Positions 48,294 to 60,900 of a DNA stretch of 64,000 bases are shown one piece after another; position 1 is the stretch's first letter, and each line of letters starts with the position of its first letter. The translations under genes were made by a program, and so were the position numbers. This DNA comes from Oopsacas minuta. Taxonomy: Eukaryota; Animalia; Porifera. The notes under the pieces were generated by a model. The model was not told the DNA's origin. It did no database searches and saw only the letters and a list, made by a program, of their open reading frames with translations. The DNA is taken from assembly GCA_024704765.1 (NCBI GenBank), contig JAKMXF010000222.1, forward strand, positions 1,616,400-1,680,399, read 5' to 3'.

Positions 48294-48854
48294 TTATCCG
48301 AAGAATTTTACTCCAGCATCAGACATATCAGGATTCGATCTTTGAATTATTTGTGCTTTTCCATCATTCTGTAATGTCTGTAGAGCCTTAACAACCATGA
48401 TAAGCTCCAGTCCGTAGAATTCCTCATTTATAGTATCATCTCCTGAATGCAGCTCATACACGGTACAAACGGTATTTATGAATGCATTATCAGAGGCCCA
48501 CTGGTAGATAAGGGCACCCCATTCCTTGGGAGTGCGCCACATGACAAGACACCTGTCCTTCTCTTTATCCTGCCATTCAAGATTTCCTCTCGAATCAAGA
48601 GTATTTAGTATTAAGCTAGCAGTCTCTCTTGATAGTATTCGGTTTAATTGAGAATTGACAAATAGAGGTGAGCTTGCCAGCGCCTCTGTCAAGTCCAGAA
48701 CATATAGTTTGTTGTATTTGAAATAGTTCAGAATCAAATTACACCATGCATCAATCTGTTTAGCTCTTGTATCCAAATTTGTTTGTAGGGTATAAAAGGG
48801 TGGATAGTTGTACAATACTGGCCATTCAAACTCGCTGCTAGATTGGCTGGCCAT
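48294..48854 (-). CDS. VPS25: ESCRT-II subunit VPS25, intronless
   Basis: FEWP..YNYPPFYTLQ.N.DTR.KQI.AW; WRTPKEWG.LIY.W; C-terminal GVKFF. Confidence 0.96.
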   Translation of the reverse strand: MASQSSSEFEWPVLYNYPPFYTLQTNLDTRAKQIDAWCNLILNYFKYNKLYVLDLTEALASSPLFVNSQLNRILSRETASLILNTLDSRGNLEWQDKEKDRCLVMWRTPKEWGALIYQWASDNAFINTVCTVYELHSGDDTINEEFYGLELIMVVKALQTLQNDGKAQIIQRSNPDMSDAGVKFFG

Positions 48855-51079
48855 TATCCAACTCCTAAACAGAATCTAATCTTTGAATCACTAACAGATG
48901 GATTATGTAATTATTAATTAATTAATTATAATGTGTTAACATGAATTAACAACTATATTAGAATAAGCACACAGACTTATTTGTTACACAACTATCAATT
49001 GGATGATAAACACATAAAATTAGTCTTGAATAGTCGAACAAATGGTTTCCATTAATGAAATAGTATAAATATTGTGACTATGATAAATGTGTTAGAGATA
49101 CTATTATTAGACTAATAAAAGGTTATAATTGAATTGATGCGAATAAGGGTGAAGGTAGGAAGTGACAATCGTCTTAAAAATACTGGTAAAATTGTAATTT
49201 TGTAATGAATAACGGGGGAGTCAAATTTCTTCGACAAAGGTTGACGCACTGAATAGAAGAAATGCTCCTAGAATATCATTCAAATTTCCAAACAGATAAG
49301 GGGAACAAAATATGCATGCTACTTAGTCCATAAATTAGGTAAATACAGAAGAATTGATAACAAATTCTACTCCACCTACACAGGGCCATCACATTAAAAT
49401 ACTTATAGTTTTGTGGTTATGATCCAGTAACCCAGAAGGAAAGATAGCATTCTCTGATAAACTACTTAGTGCTTATAATCAACAACTTAATGGATATTAA
49501 TGAATTATTTCAATCTTACTTAGAGAAATATCAATATTAGATTATGTAAGTGTAGGGAAAGATGGACACTGATTTCAGGGTGGGGCTAGACATTGAGATA
49601 TGATATTGCTACGGAATCTCAACAATGTCAATGATTATAAGTATTATGTAAATTATATAAGTGTTGCATATTTGTTAGTTAAGAGATAGCAACTAGTATT
49701 CTTATCTTTCAAACAGATGCGGGGTTAGTAATAAACTTCAAACTATTTGTATATCAACCGTGAATATTGGTTGAATTTAATTTTTGGGATAGTCAATAAT
49801 TAGATAGAATTTAGTGAAATTATTTCAATAATTATCTTGGAAATAATTCTAGCAAAATTTATTTGCTCTATTCAATTTTAAAACAATAACAATATACTAA
49901 TAGTTAGAGTAAATTGAATTACTTATTAGAGGAAATTATGCACATTTTCGTGAGATTTTATTTAAGTCATTAATCGCTATATTTTAGTTACAAATGTTTG
50001 TAAATTCTTAGAGTTTCCATAAATTCGTTTATCAATTGTCTTCGTATTACTACTATATATAAATGTTATATATTCCACTCTCGCAAACTGAAGCACTTTA
50101 GAATATCCCAGATCACACAGTAGAGTTGCACAAAAAAATTGTAGCCACCCTTCATGGGGAGCTACCAATTAATGAAATACTACAATTTCTGTAAGTGTAC
50201 CCATGTATTTATAATAAGTAACAGTACATTGATCAATTCAGCGTAGGTGAGTATTAATTAATTGGCCCTCTAGACAAGAGGGGGCAATTATTCGAGTAAA
50301 TACAGTAATCAAATTAACTTTAGGTTAAACTCATTTAGAGTGATTATTTTCACTAGAAAAATTGCGTGCGGTACTCGGTTAATTAGCTCTATAATTACTG
50401 ATTGCTTATATCAACAAGCCATTACCATATAATACATACAATAATCTACATAAAGGAAGAAGAAAAAGAATCCAATCAACTATCCATACAAATGCTGTGT
50501 TAAGTTAACACACATGAGATATGAGTAATTGGCTACGAAATACGATAACAATATACTATCACTAACAGTTCAACACAACATCCACTATAATCACAAACTA
50601 ATTAGTCAGACAAGTCAACATGCTAATACGTGCTTCCTAACTAAAATATGTCTCTTAAATGTAAACATTTTATGTCCGTAATCACTGGAATGCTAGCAAT
50701 AATTACAATTAACACTTAACTTAATGAACCGATAATGTGAATCTTGTACGTATATGGATATTTAATCCAATAAACAAATCAGATTAATTAATAAATCGGA
50801 AAGTATTAAATGCTCAGGATTATAACACTTTGATCCAATTATATTAATTATTGAAATAGTTTCTAAGTAGTGCCTTCAGGTTTAAGGTAATCTTAGGTAT
50901 CAAGTAGATATCAGCTTGGCGTAATTAAGATACCCAGAATCAAGTACAAACAAGCCATCGAGTGTATCTAGGAGATTTATATAAATAAAGAAGCATGTTA
51001 AGATCGTAAGAAGGATCAAGTAGCTAACACTCCCAAAATAGTACTTAGTAATACATTTGAGAGCACATCTAGAATAGAC

Positions 51080-52861
51080 ATGGATTGTAATTCACTTTTT
51101 TGTCAATATATACACTCCTCCGCTCCACCTCACTTTATGTCTCAACAGTATCAGCTCCGTAAAGATGATTCTGAAATGTCAGAATCTGTACCAGGTTCTC
51201 CGGTAAAGATATTCAAGCCTAGTTTTACAATTGATAGCATTCTCGGACGGCAAGAATGCAATAACAAGAGCAAAGCTGATCTTGATATTGTTTCAGTTGA
51301 AAAGAAAGATGAACAACGTCCGTCTGCGGACCCGATAAAACCTCAACACACAAAACAATCACATGCCAGGACGCCCTCCACTGCTCCCCTCACCCCCTCC
51401 TATAATATGATGCTGGTACCTGGGTTCGGAGGCCAATTTCCTGTGGTGGGTACTCAGCCACAAAGAGTTCTCTACAGAAATCAAATGTGTACATGTGGAG
51501 ACGCGACCAAGTACCATCACATGGCCGTGCAGCTCACAAATGAACAAAACTATTCGGGAGGGATTGCATTAGTCGACCCTTCCTTCCGTCACCCTCTCTC
51601 ATTTCACGAATGCTATTTTGCAGGTAAGTGCTGTACGAAATCTAGATTATAAAATTGCAAATTTCGAAAAAATGAATTGTGAAATATATTTAGATGAGTA
51701 CTCAGACGATCTCAGTAGAGGAAGAAGGAGAAAAATGAGAACAGTGTTTACTGACGATCAGCTTTTAGGATTGGAAGAATGTTTCATTGATAAAAAGTAC
51801 CTCACAGTACCAGACCGCCTCTCACTAGCCAATAAATTAGGCCTCACTGAAATACAGGTATGTATATTAATTGTATTTAATCTACGAAATAAATGATTCA
51901 TTCTAATATTATGGTAAACGTCACTTCGCGATAAACTCAGCATTCGAAGTATACTTAATTTTCCAATATGAATACCTCATTGGGGACGTATTTATGTAAA
52001 TTGATATTAATAAAATAAATAATATCATAAAATCATTATACATATACATAAGAGACTGAAAAAATGCGAAATTCGGATTAAGTTTATTGTGTTACACTTG
52101 TGTGGACGTACAGAGCAAGTCTCTATGTATGTATTACAATTATTTGGTTACGTTATCTTAAAAACACATAAATTTCCACATGATTAGTTGAAAAGGTGTG
52201 AAAATCGGATTCAGTACACCCGACATATTTAGTGAAATTCTAATTTCTTTCTTGATAAACAGAATAACTACATACAGTAGTTATACAACATCTAGCAATT
52301 ACCAAAATCAAATTTTAAAATACATACCATAATCCTTTATTTGACAACGAACACATCGACACAACAATACAGATTTAATAATATACGTATATTATAATTA
52401 GAGATAATAATAAAATACTATCGTCTACTAGTAGTAATATCAGTGATGAATTCTGATTCAATAAAGCAAGTAATTCTCTGTAATATTCTACGAGGGCGTA
52501 ATTGAATTTATGACTGTAATGTACGATAAGCAAGATGTTATCTTATTAGCATTATTGTGAAACGATCATTTTAATAATTTGTAAATTGGGCCACTCACGA
52601 ATAGTGAATAATATTTGCTGATTAGAAAAGGTCTGTAAACATATTAGCAAGTCCGAACTAATTTCTGTCTTTATTTATTGATTTATGAATATTCAGGTAA
52701 AAACATGGTTTCAAAACAGAAGGATGAAGTGGAAAAAACAGATGGAGCTACCAACATTACGGAGAACTCTACTATTGAACAACCAAGAGAGCTGCTCACT
52801 TAATGCGGAAGCTGAGAACAGACAGTTTGAATCGAGAGAGGAATACATTGATCCTGTTTAA
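51080..52861 (+). CDS. NKL-class homeobox gene, BarX/Bsh(Bsx)-like
   Basis: Exons 51080-51623, 51694-51857, 52697-52861. eh1 motif FTIDSILG; homeodomain RRRKMRTVFTDDQLLGLEECFIDKKYLTVPDRLSLANKLGLTEIQ|VKTWFQNRRMKWKKQ with an intron between Q and V in helix 3. Confidence 0.9.
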
Positions 52862-55604
52862 TTAAACCAATTTGCAAATTTAATAAAATTCTTGAAACAC
52901 AGCAAGAATCCCTTATATTAATGTTATATTTCTCATTTTAAATGTACACAACGAATATGCATTTCTTTCTATGTAATTAATTGTGCACCGATATTAAAAT
53001 ATTTATTTGCGTTGCTTATTGTAGAGAATATTTACTAAACCTACGAAATAATTAACTGAATAATTTCAAAAGGAGTGAAAATTATTTGATTTGAAGTGTA
53101 GCAGTAGAACGTGGGTAGATCCCGGCAGAGTAATCGGGAGAATTATCAAGGAGGACTAAGACCCATCATATAGAGATACGTAGATATTTTCACAATACTA
53201 TGTCGGCAAATATTCAAAAATATATAAATAGGTGTTTGTAAATCGACAGTAACTAAAAGTGATACAATTAATTCACACACAACAAATGTGAAGATAGTGA
53301 ATTGTAATACTGAGAGATTGAGTAGATAGGATACAAGGGTACTGCAGTAGCGGCGTCAAATGGGCACGGGGAGCTATGTATTTCGCTTTTACAATATAAT
53401 ATTTTGTCTCTAATTAGTCTGTACCAGTGGCGGCGCTAGCATGGGGCTGATGGGGCTAGCGCCCCATCTCTTAGCCCCATCAGTGAAGAGTGGATGTAAG
53501 ACCTGTATCTAATCAGGACAGACCATCAAATAACGAAACTAAAGAATTATTTTATTATCGAATTGTTCATCAGTATTCATGGGATATTAGAATGTCGCCA
53601 ATTGTTGGGTCACAAATTGTAAATTCATAATCATGGTTCAGTAGGTAATCTATGTAAAAATTTTGTTGTTTTTATGAAAATAAAATAAACAAATCTAAAT
53701 CTCATAATAATGATAATACTTGGAAACTTGCTCTAAACAACAATACAGGAAGAAGACAGTACGCTGATTCCGAATTTTGCATTTCAAGTTTGTCATACAT
53801 AGCCATTTTAGCTACATCAGAGTGGCGGGCTAACTCTGGTCTGTGCAAACAGTGATTTACTCCTTCCATTCTAAGATTATTGGGTTTTTCGCTTATTCTA
53901 ATCTACTAAAACTTTTCAATTTTCACTAATATTTGCATTCTCCGTTTGTGACAAGTAGGACTATTCAAAATAGTGGAGCACTTCTTACTCTGCTCTAAAC
54001 GATCGGAAAGTATTTTTCGATAAAATTGTGGTAATTGGATTACTTCTAAAATATAAATTCAAACTTTATAGATAGACTAATTTAATTTAATCTTATCAAA
54101 TGATATAAATAATATCCATTTGATACAATAGTTCACATAATACATTTTCTTGAAAATCGTAAATAGCGTCATGATAGAATCAAAACTGGGATCAGAAGTG
54201 AGAACACCGATCATTATGATTGCTAGAATCGTGAGGCTCAGAGAATCAAACCCTATAGCGCCTTCAAACGTTAAGTAACGCAAATTCGCCAAAAATTAAA
54301 CTCTCTTCCATTCGTCAGTTTAGAATTATTATTTAAAGGATATGCTTGAAACACTTCCTTGCCAACATTACAACGTTTGATCGGCCTCCTATTAACAAGG
54401 ATTGTCTAATAATCTACGCATAACAAATATGACAAAACATTATCAAAAAATGCATTAAAATATTGTCTGGCACTACAAAATAAACGATTAATCTATTCGT
54501 ATATAACGTAGTAAACAGAATCGCAGAAAAGACACATAATTACCGAAGCTATTTGATTCACTATCATATTATATAAGAATTGTATTATCATAATGCTCGC
54601 AAATATTAACACATGATAAATTCATTAATTATTGTTAAAATGAAATAACTATTGAAAGTATAAAAATTAATTATAATAAAACGATTTTGTGGCAAACAAT
54701 CTGTAACTAATCTTGATCAGAAATCAGTTACAAGCAGCTGAACATGATTAATTCAATGATATACAAATTTAAATTATGGATGATTCAAATTAAATTTGAT
54801 ATATACAAATATAGTTTTTGTAACCGCGTTAAAGAATTAGGAATGTATGTACTATTAGTATAGAGAGAGAGGCGACAACAGTTTAAGCAATGTAATCAAT
54901 ATTATCCAGAATTATGAAATATAATTAATAAATAAATTCAATAAATGAATAAGAATTCAGCAAATTATTACTCAAATTAATCTTCAATGTCACTACCATG
55001 CTGGAAGTCATGGGTTATCTTCTCTGAAAAAGATCAGTATTTTGATTTCTGATTGGAAATCATCAAAATCTGTAAAAATTGTAAAATTTCATCTATCTTA
55101 TATTAGTTTAAATAATTTAAGTAATGTCGTTTAGGGGAGTTTAGACGAGGTTATTTATTGGTGGTTTCTCGAAAAGGCAACCCCAACGTTTTGATACTAT
55201 TAATATACATGCACCGTGTCCTCAATGGCTCAATAATATTAATATTCAGTAGACTTTGGATAAGACTTACTACTTCTTTCAAACCAAAAAGTAATTTCCA
55301 TTCGTTTAATACAATCTAATTCCAAACTTCGATTTCTGAGCATCAGGAATATGTATACAAATCAGTTACAATGGAAGTAAATGAAGAAAGCTTAGGCGGT
55401 TGTATATCACAGACTTCATACTAAGTGTTACATATTATTCCCAGTATAGTTTAAACTGTCCCAGTTTAGAAATGTAGCCCACTGACACTCAAATAGACTG
55501 CATTAATTCTTGTTACTTAGATCAAAATATATATTAAAAGATATAAATTATCAGTAGTACACATATGACATATAAAATGTATAACTCACAAATAAATACT
55601 CAAT

Positions 55605-56696
55605 TCATATTTCTTCAAGAGAAGTGATAATCTGACAGTTTGCTATGACACTCATGGGAAGAGAGCCGATTAATGGAAAATAAACCTTCTCACAAATCAG
55701 ATTTCCGTTGCTTACGTTTGTAGCTCCACTTTCTTGTTCGTTATCACTGAACTCATACAAAGCATCTTTGTTAACTTCACAGCGCCACCGTCCATCCTCC
55801 ATTATACCGTACACTTTAACTTCATCACGTGGAGTTACACGTGTGCTCTCTACTCCAGGGATAAGAAAATAATCTTCTGTCAGTTTAGCTGTGAACTGAG
55901 CTACTATTAGAGGAGCTCCACGCTTAATGTCTAAATCTCTAGATCTGAGCTCGTGCGTGAGAGTCGGATCCCTGTGAGCACCAACAAACATCTCTTCCAT
56001 CTCTTCCAGACGCTGCAGTAGTAAGCGACGCTCATAGACCCGTTCCAGAAGACTCTCTGTCTCTGAGTCGAAAGGGATCGACTGAATATCTATAGAATCA
56101 ATTGATGGTTTATGTTCTACCCCAGAACCCTCACGGCCGATTGATCTAAGAAAGTTAGATACACAAGTAGCATTCACTAGCTCAAGAAAGAATAAAGACC
56201 CGTCACCAAAAGCTAAAGTAATAATCTTAGTACTGATGGCTCCTTTCTGTTCTTGTATCTCTGTAGGAGTCTGTCCTACGTGACAACTACTAAGGGGAAC
56301 TTGTCCCACAGGGACAAGAGCTTCTGGGGGGGGCTTCTTAGTAGGGAGAGGTTGTTCATCACTCACTGCACTGTTTAAATACTTAACTAAGTAGAATCTA
56401 AGCATGTTACCAACTACTACTACCCACTGTACGTGCCAGCCTAAATCTTTCGATTTTTTCTTACCGATAAGCAAATCTTGTCTCTTCCTGACAAAACCTT
56501 CGAATTTGACTGGCAATTCAATAGCCGAGTCAGCAGATAACCACTGGTTGCGAGTATCAATGAGACGCCTCTTAGATGTTTCATTTAGACTATGTGCTGA
56601 TTGGAGGCTTGGTTCATCTTGGTGAGGCTCAGATAATTCATCTGTATAGAATACTGAACTGATAGTCTTACGTGACGATAGGGGAGAATTCTTCAT
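55605..56696 (-). CDS. PH-domain protein with short coiled coil and degenerate SH3-like C-terminal segment
   Basis: 363-aa ORF; FEGFVRKRQDLLIGKKKSKDLGWHVQWVVVVGNMLRFY resembles the spectrin/EFA6-type PH N-terminus. Confidence 0.7.
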   Translation of the reverse strand: MKNSPLSSRKTISSVFYTDELSEPHQDEPSLQSAHSLNETSKRRLIDTRNQWLSADSAIELPVKFEGFVRKRQDLLIGKKKSKDLGWHVQWVVVVGNMLRFYLVKYLNSAVSDEQPLPTKKPPPEALVPVGQVPLSSCHVGQTPTEIQEQKGAISTKIITLAFGDGSLFFLELVNATCVSNFLRSIGREGSGVEHKPSIDSIDIQSIPFDSETESLLERVYERRLLLQRLEEMEEMFVGAHRDPTLTHELRSRDLDIKRGAPLIVAQFTAKLTEDYFLIPGVESTRVTPRDEVKVYGIMEDGRWRCEVNKDALYEFSDNEQESGATNVSNGNLICEKVYFPLIGSLPMSVIANCQIITSLEEI

Positions 56697-59133
56697 TGGA
56701 AAGTATCTATCTTAACATATGATAGCTAATAATTAGGTGTATGTATATATAGAGAAAATTATGTCTGCCTTATATATTGTCATGTGACAGTGTAATGTAT
56801 AAATTATATTATATTATTCAAGAAGTCATCCTATGTACGGAATTCTATAACTTAAGGTTTGGCGAACCTACATGTGCATGATGTAACAAAACACCCAAAA
56901 CATTTGAATAGATACAATAGGGATTTGTTATATGAAAACTGCAACTGTATAATGATGAATAAATTCTATTAATGCGACTTAACTTCTCCAGTAGCTGTCG
57001 AGTAAGAAATTCACACAATAGGGTATAATATGTGTTTCAAAACTCTGATGGGATGATTTAAACAATACCATTCATAATAATACACGCATAAAGTCCCAGG
57101 ACTAGGATTATGTAAATGGATACTCCTCGAAATAAAGCCCGTATGAAAGGGCATTGCCAGCGACGTGCTAGTACGTTAACATGCCGAATTCAGACATTTA
57201 GGGATTATATAATCTTATTTGTGGTAGCAATTGCAATACAATTCAGGAATTTACAAAATAAAAGTGAGAATACTGTAAGAGAGATATATCAATATAATTG
57301 CGCATTAGCTACAATCATTTTATTACAATATTTTGCATTGATTTGTTAATTTGATATATAAAAATTAATATCAGGGTTAGATCATTATTCGCTAGTAAGA
57401 ACGTTAACAATAGATAAATTGTTATCAAATAATGATGATTATCCACACAAGGTGCTGGGCGGAGTTCTATTTAGTTAACTTTAATAAAATATTCGATTAA
57501 GAAATTCTATCGTCTGCAGGAGCAGAAAACTAACTCAATTATAATATCACTTTTAAATAGAAATATTTCAACATAATTAATGAAAATTATTCAAATATAT
57601 ATAATTCTATTAATAAAGCAATATAATTCTATAAATTGATAACATTATCAAAACCAATTCCAATTAGGACCTATAATGTAATCTCACATATATTATCTTC
57701 CATGCAAGATGTTGTTTGTAATTCATATTTCCTATCATAGATGGATTTCCAATAAGTACTTTGCTTCATTAAGAAACAATTTGGCTAATTGATCAGTCAA
57801 TAGTACTTAATGAGTTGAGAGGGATGCTTCTAGGAATCGGCTACTGGTAGTCATACAGATGGAGTGTAGAATTATTTGTGAAACCCTTGCTAGCGAATAT
57901 TTTTTAGAAAAGTTTTATCGATTCAAATGTGTATTGAGCAGGATACATATAGATAGTTAATATTTCATTTACTAGGTATAGCAGTTTGTGGAAGAGAAAT
58001 CGAATCACGATTAGTATTACAAATAATACTAATTCCATCGCTTTATAGGGAGGAGAGTTTGAAATGTTTCAATCCTAGTCTCCTTTGTAGATATTGCTGA
58101 GTTTTACGACTGATAAGCTAATGATCACTCCTCCCCTGTAGTTATGAATGATACATACATATACATTCGTAAAAGAAATGTAAAGAGATTTTAATAGATG
58201 GAACAAATATTTAAAAACTTCATTGCAGATTCGCCAATCAATACAATAAAACAGTTTTGTGTTTCGTCGTAATATCTCCTATTTCAGCATATTTGCTTTA
58301 AAATCAATTTGCTATTACATCTTCATAAGTATTCATTTAGTTCATAATATTCTTCATACAAATCTTGAACCCTCACAAGAAAGTTAAATATTGCAATTTA
58401 TATGAAACTTTCCCAAAATATGAATTATAAAACTGGCTTATAACTTCACGCAGCTGAACATATATAACCGTCATGACCGATTCTATGAAAATCCCAAAGA
58501 TCATTTTGTTGCACTTATCGCAGGGTTAGAGTGGTAATTTACTCTAGCTATAAACCTGCTTGGATGTTTCCACGACGAATCTTCCGCGAACAATTTTCCG
58601 TCATTCATAGGAAATATATTTTACTGTTAGAATTTGAATTGATAATCACAATATTGACAAACTTACGATATATGTATAAAACTATAAATATAATACAAAA
58701 ATTATTGCAGAAGGATGTTCAAATTATCAGTAGAATTAGTATAGTATGTATTTAGTTTCATTCTGTCACTCTGACCAATTTTGTATCATATTCCCGATTT
58801 TATCTGTTTTATGCTCTGCTTTGATTAACGAGGTTACAGTACACCCCTCATGCCCTCGTCCAATGCTTTTCCGGATACGTATTCATATTCTTCATAAGAC
58901 GATATTTATAAATCTAACCCTTTGGATAATAGAGAATTCAAAATCGGTTCTACCAAATGATTAAATTAATATATACCATGGATAATAAGAATTTACAAAA
59001 ATTCCATTTCATTTAACAATTCTTGGGCTTTCGAGGTACGACCGTACAAGAACCGCGAAGAGGATTACATAGATCCAACCTTTTACTCTCCAAATGCTGG
59101 TCATCAACCTTATAAATTGTTTAGCGTGAAATA

Positions 59134-59244
59134 CAGTAGATTCCGCTTAACATGGTCACAGCGGGGCCAGGCCATTTTGACCCAAATAAGTGGAATAAAG
59201 GTGTTGCCCTAAATACATATGAATCTATTAAGCAGAGTCTACTG
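59134..59244. mobile_element. 111-bp Tc1/pogo-type MITE
   Basis: TIR CAGTAGA(T/C)TC(C/T)GCTTAA at both ends with TA flanks. Confidence 0.72.
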
Positions 59245-59703
59245 TATAGTCATACTGCCCGTTCACATTGATAATAGTTTACATGTACTATAAAAGTATT
59301 ACGTAATAATACGATATAGTAAAGAGGGTATATCATACAATTTAATAAGCAAGATATAGCCAAAATATGTAAATATCGTAAAACAGTTTTGAAGCAAATG
59401 CTGGTCAGATTTGTATCTTGTTGGTCACTTGGGGTGCATGGTAATGGGCAGGTGCCTTACTCGCGAAGCGACCTATCGAGCGAAGAGATACAATCACAAT
59501 TGCTAAAGTATCCTTTCTCTATACTCTAGTTACAACTATATAACCTAGATATAAATGTTTGATTCTTAGCGCACAAAATACGAATAAATAAATACAATAA
59601 CAATAAAAACAGGAAGTAATTACCACACCTAGCTTAAGGAAATAATCAAAAACTCAACAGCGAATTAATATGTATACCTACATTCTGTTAAAGCAAATAC
59701 AAA

Positions 59704-60900
59704 TTAATCTAAAGAAATGATTAATCTTGTTGAATTATCAAAATTAAATTCATTAATTATTGCATCAGTCAAAGCCTCAAATCCCACAGTATTATATCTA
59801 GACGGAGCTATAGTATTAGCCTCTAATTTTCCCATTAAGCTACTCAGAATATGTAAGTACTTACCTTGATTGAATCCTGATAGACTCCACAAATCTGTGA
59901 ATAGGAATGATATAGAGGCTCCCTTCATAAATAGAGTGTGTGTGTCTGGAGGATCTAGTTGGATATTATCCTGCGATGTAACCCATCTCCCTCCCAGAGA
60001 TAAAGAGGATAGGATTTGATTCTTAGTTAAACCAATCTTCTTCTTAAACAAAGATAACGCATAACACTCTTCAGTGAAACCAATAGAACATTCGTCATCA
60101 AATATCCCTGTTACAAACTTACTGTTAACTTCAATATACTCTGAATTCTTGATATGCTGAGTTAGTGATTCATCCATTTTAATACCAAAATCAATAATCA
60201 GATTAACCCCCAACCCTCCAGTCTCCTTCAGACATATAAAAGCACCTGTCTTACCCTGAGTACTCAGGTCTATAATGGTTACTTGGAAGGGAATCTCACT
60301 CAGTACGTACTCTGCCTCCTCTCCATTTGACACAGTAGTTATTATCTTAGAACAATGGGAGTGTGCGAGCTGAATACACACAAGAGCAGCAGGAGAAGCT
60401 CCTTCACATATTAAGATCACGTCATCCTTCTGTAAGCGTCCTAGTACATACAGAGCAGTGTATGCCTGCAGACCAGGCTTCAGGAGAGAACAGCAATCTG
60501 TGTGTAGTATGTTATCTGGCTTATGAACCAGGAACATTTCTGATACGAGTACATGGGTAGCACATCCTGGACCAGTGGTATCATAGGGTAGGACTCCAAC
60601 TACCTCATCCTCCTTTTTGAGTCTCTTTACGTCAGGTCCTGTCTCTAGCACCATTCCTGATATCTCGTATCCTAATGGATATCTCACCACAGCTCCATTA
60701 GTAGATGGCTTGATTAGTTTACGTGGAATTCTAGAGATAGCACAAGTCTTTACTGAGACCAGTACTTGAGTATTTTCAGGTAGTGGGAGTAGTATGTTGT
60801 GTACAAGGTCTATAGTAACTCTATTGTCTTGTGGATTTACATCACTAATAGGGTTAGGTATTGCTGAGTTATCTCCTGGAATAATCCATAAACTTTTCAT
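59704..60900 (-). CDS. CRYZL1: Quinone oxidoreductase-like protein 1 (CRYZL1; FERRY complex subunit), intronless
   Basis: MDR fold (PLGYEISGMV..TGPDV); diagnostic GGRWVTSQDNIQLDPPDTHTLFMKGAS and QGKYLHIL. Confidence 0.92.
   Translation of the reverse strand: MKSLWIIPGDNSAIPNPISDVNPQDNRVTIDLVHNILLPLPENTQVLVSVKTCAISRIPRKLIKPSTNGAVVRYPLGYEISGMVLETGPDVKRLKKEDEVVGVLPYDTTGPGCATHVLVSEMFLVHKPDNILHTDCCSLLKPGLQAYTALYVLGRLQKDDVILICEGASPAALVCIQLAHSHCSKIITTVSNGEEAEYVLSEIPFQVTIIDLSTQGKTGAFICLKETGGLGVNLIIDFGIKMDESLTQHIKNSEYIEVNSKFVTGIFDDECSIGFTEECYALSLFKKKIGLTKNQILSSLSLGGRWVTSQDNIQLDPPDTHTLFMKGASISFLFTDLWSLSGFNQGKYLHILSSLMGKLEANTIAPSRYNTVGFEALTDAIINEFNFDNSTRLIISLD

Noticed and set aside
49409-50190. Exon-like blocks with TAG stops (49409-49545, about 50070-50190)
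   Set aside because: About 45 codons with 1-2 stops and no recognisable homology; compatible with chance in AT-rich DNA.
57800-58140. Exon-like frame GIAVCGREIESRLVLQIILIP...
   Set aside because: No family recognised and two stops; insufficient support.
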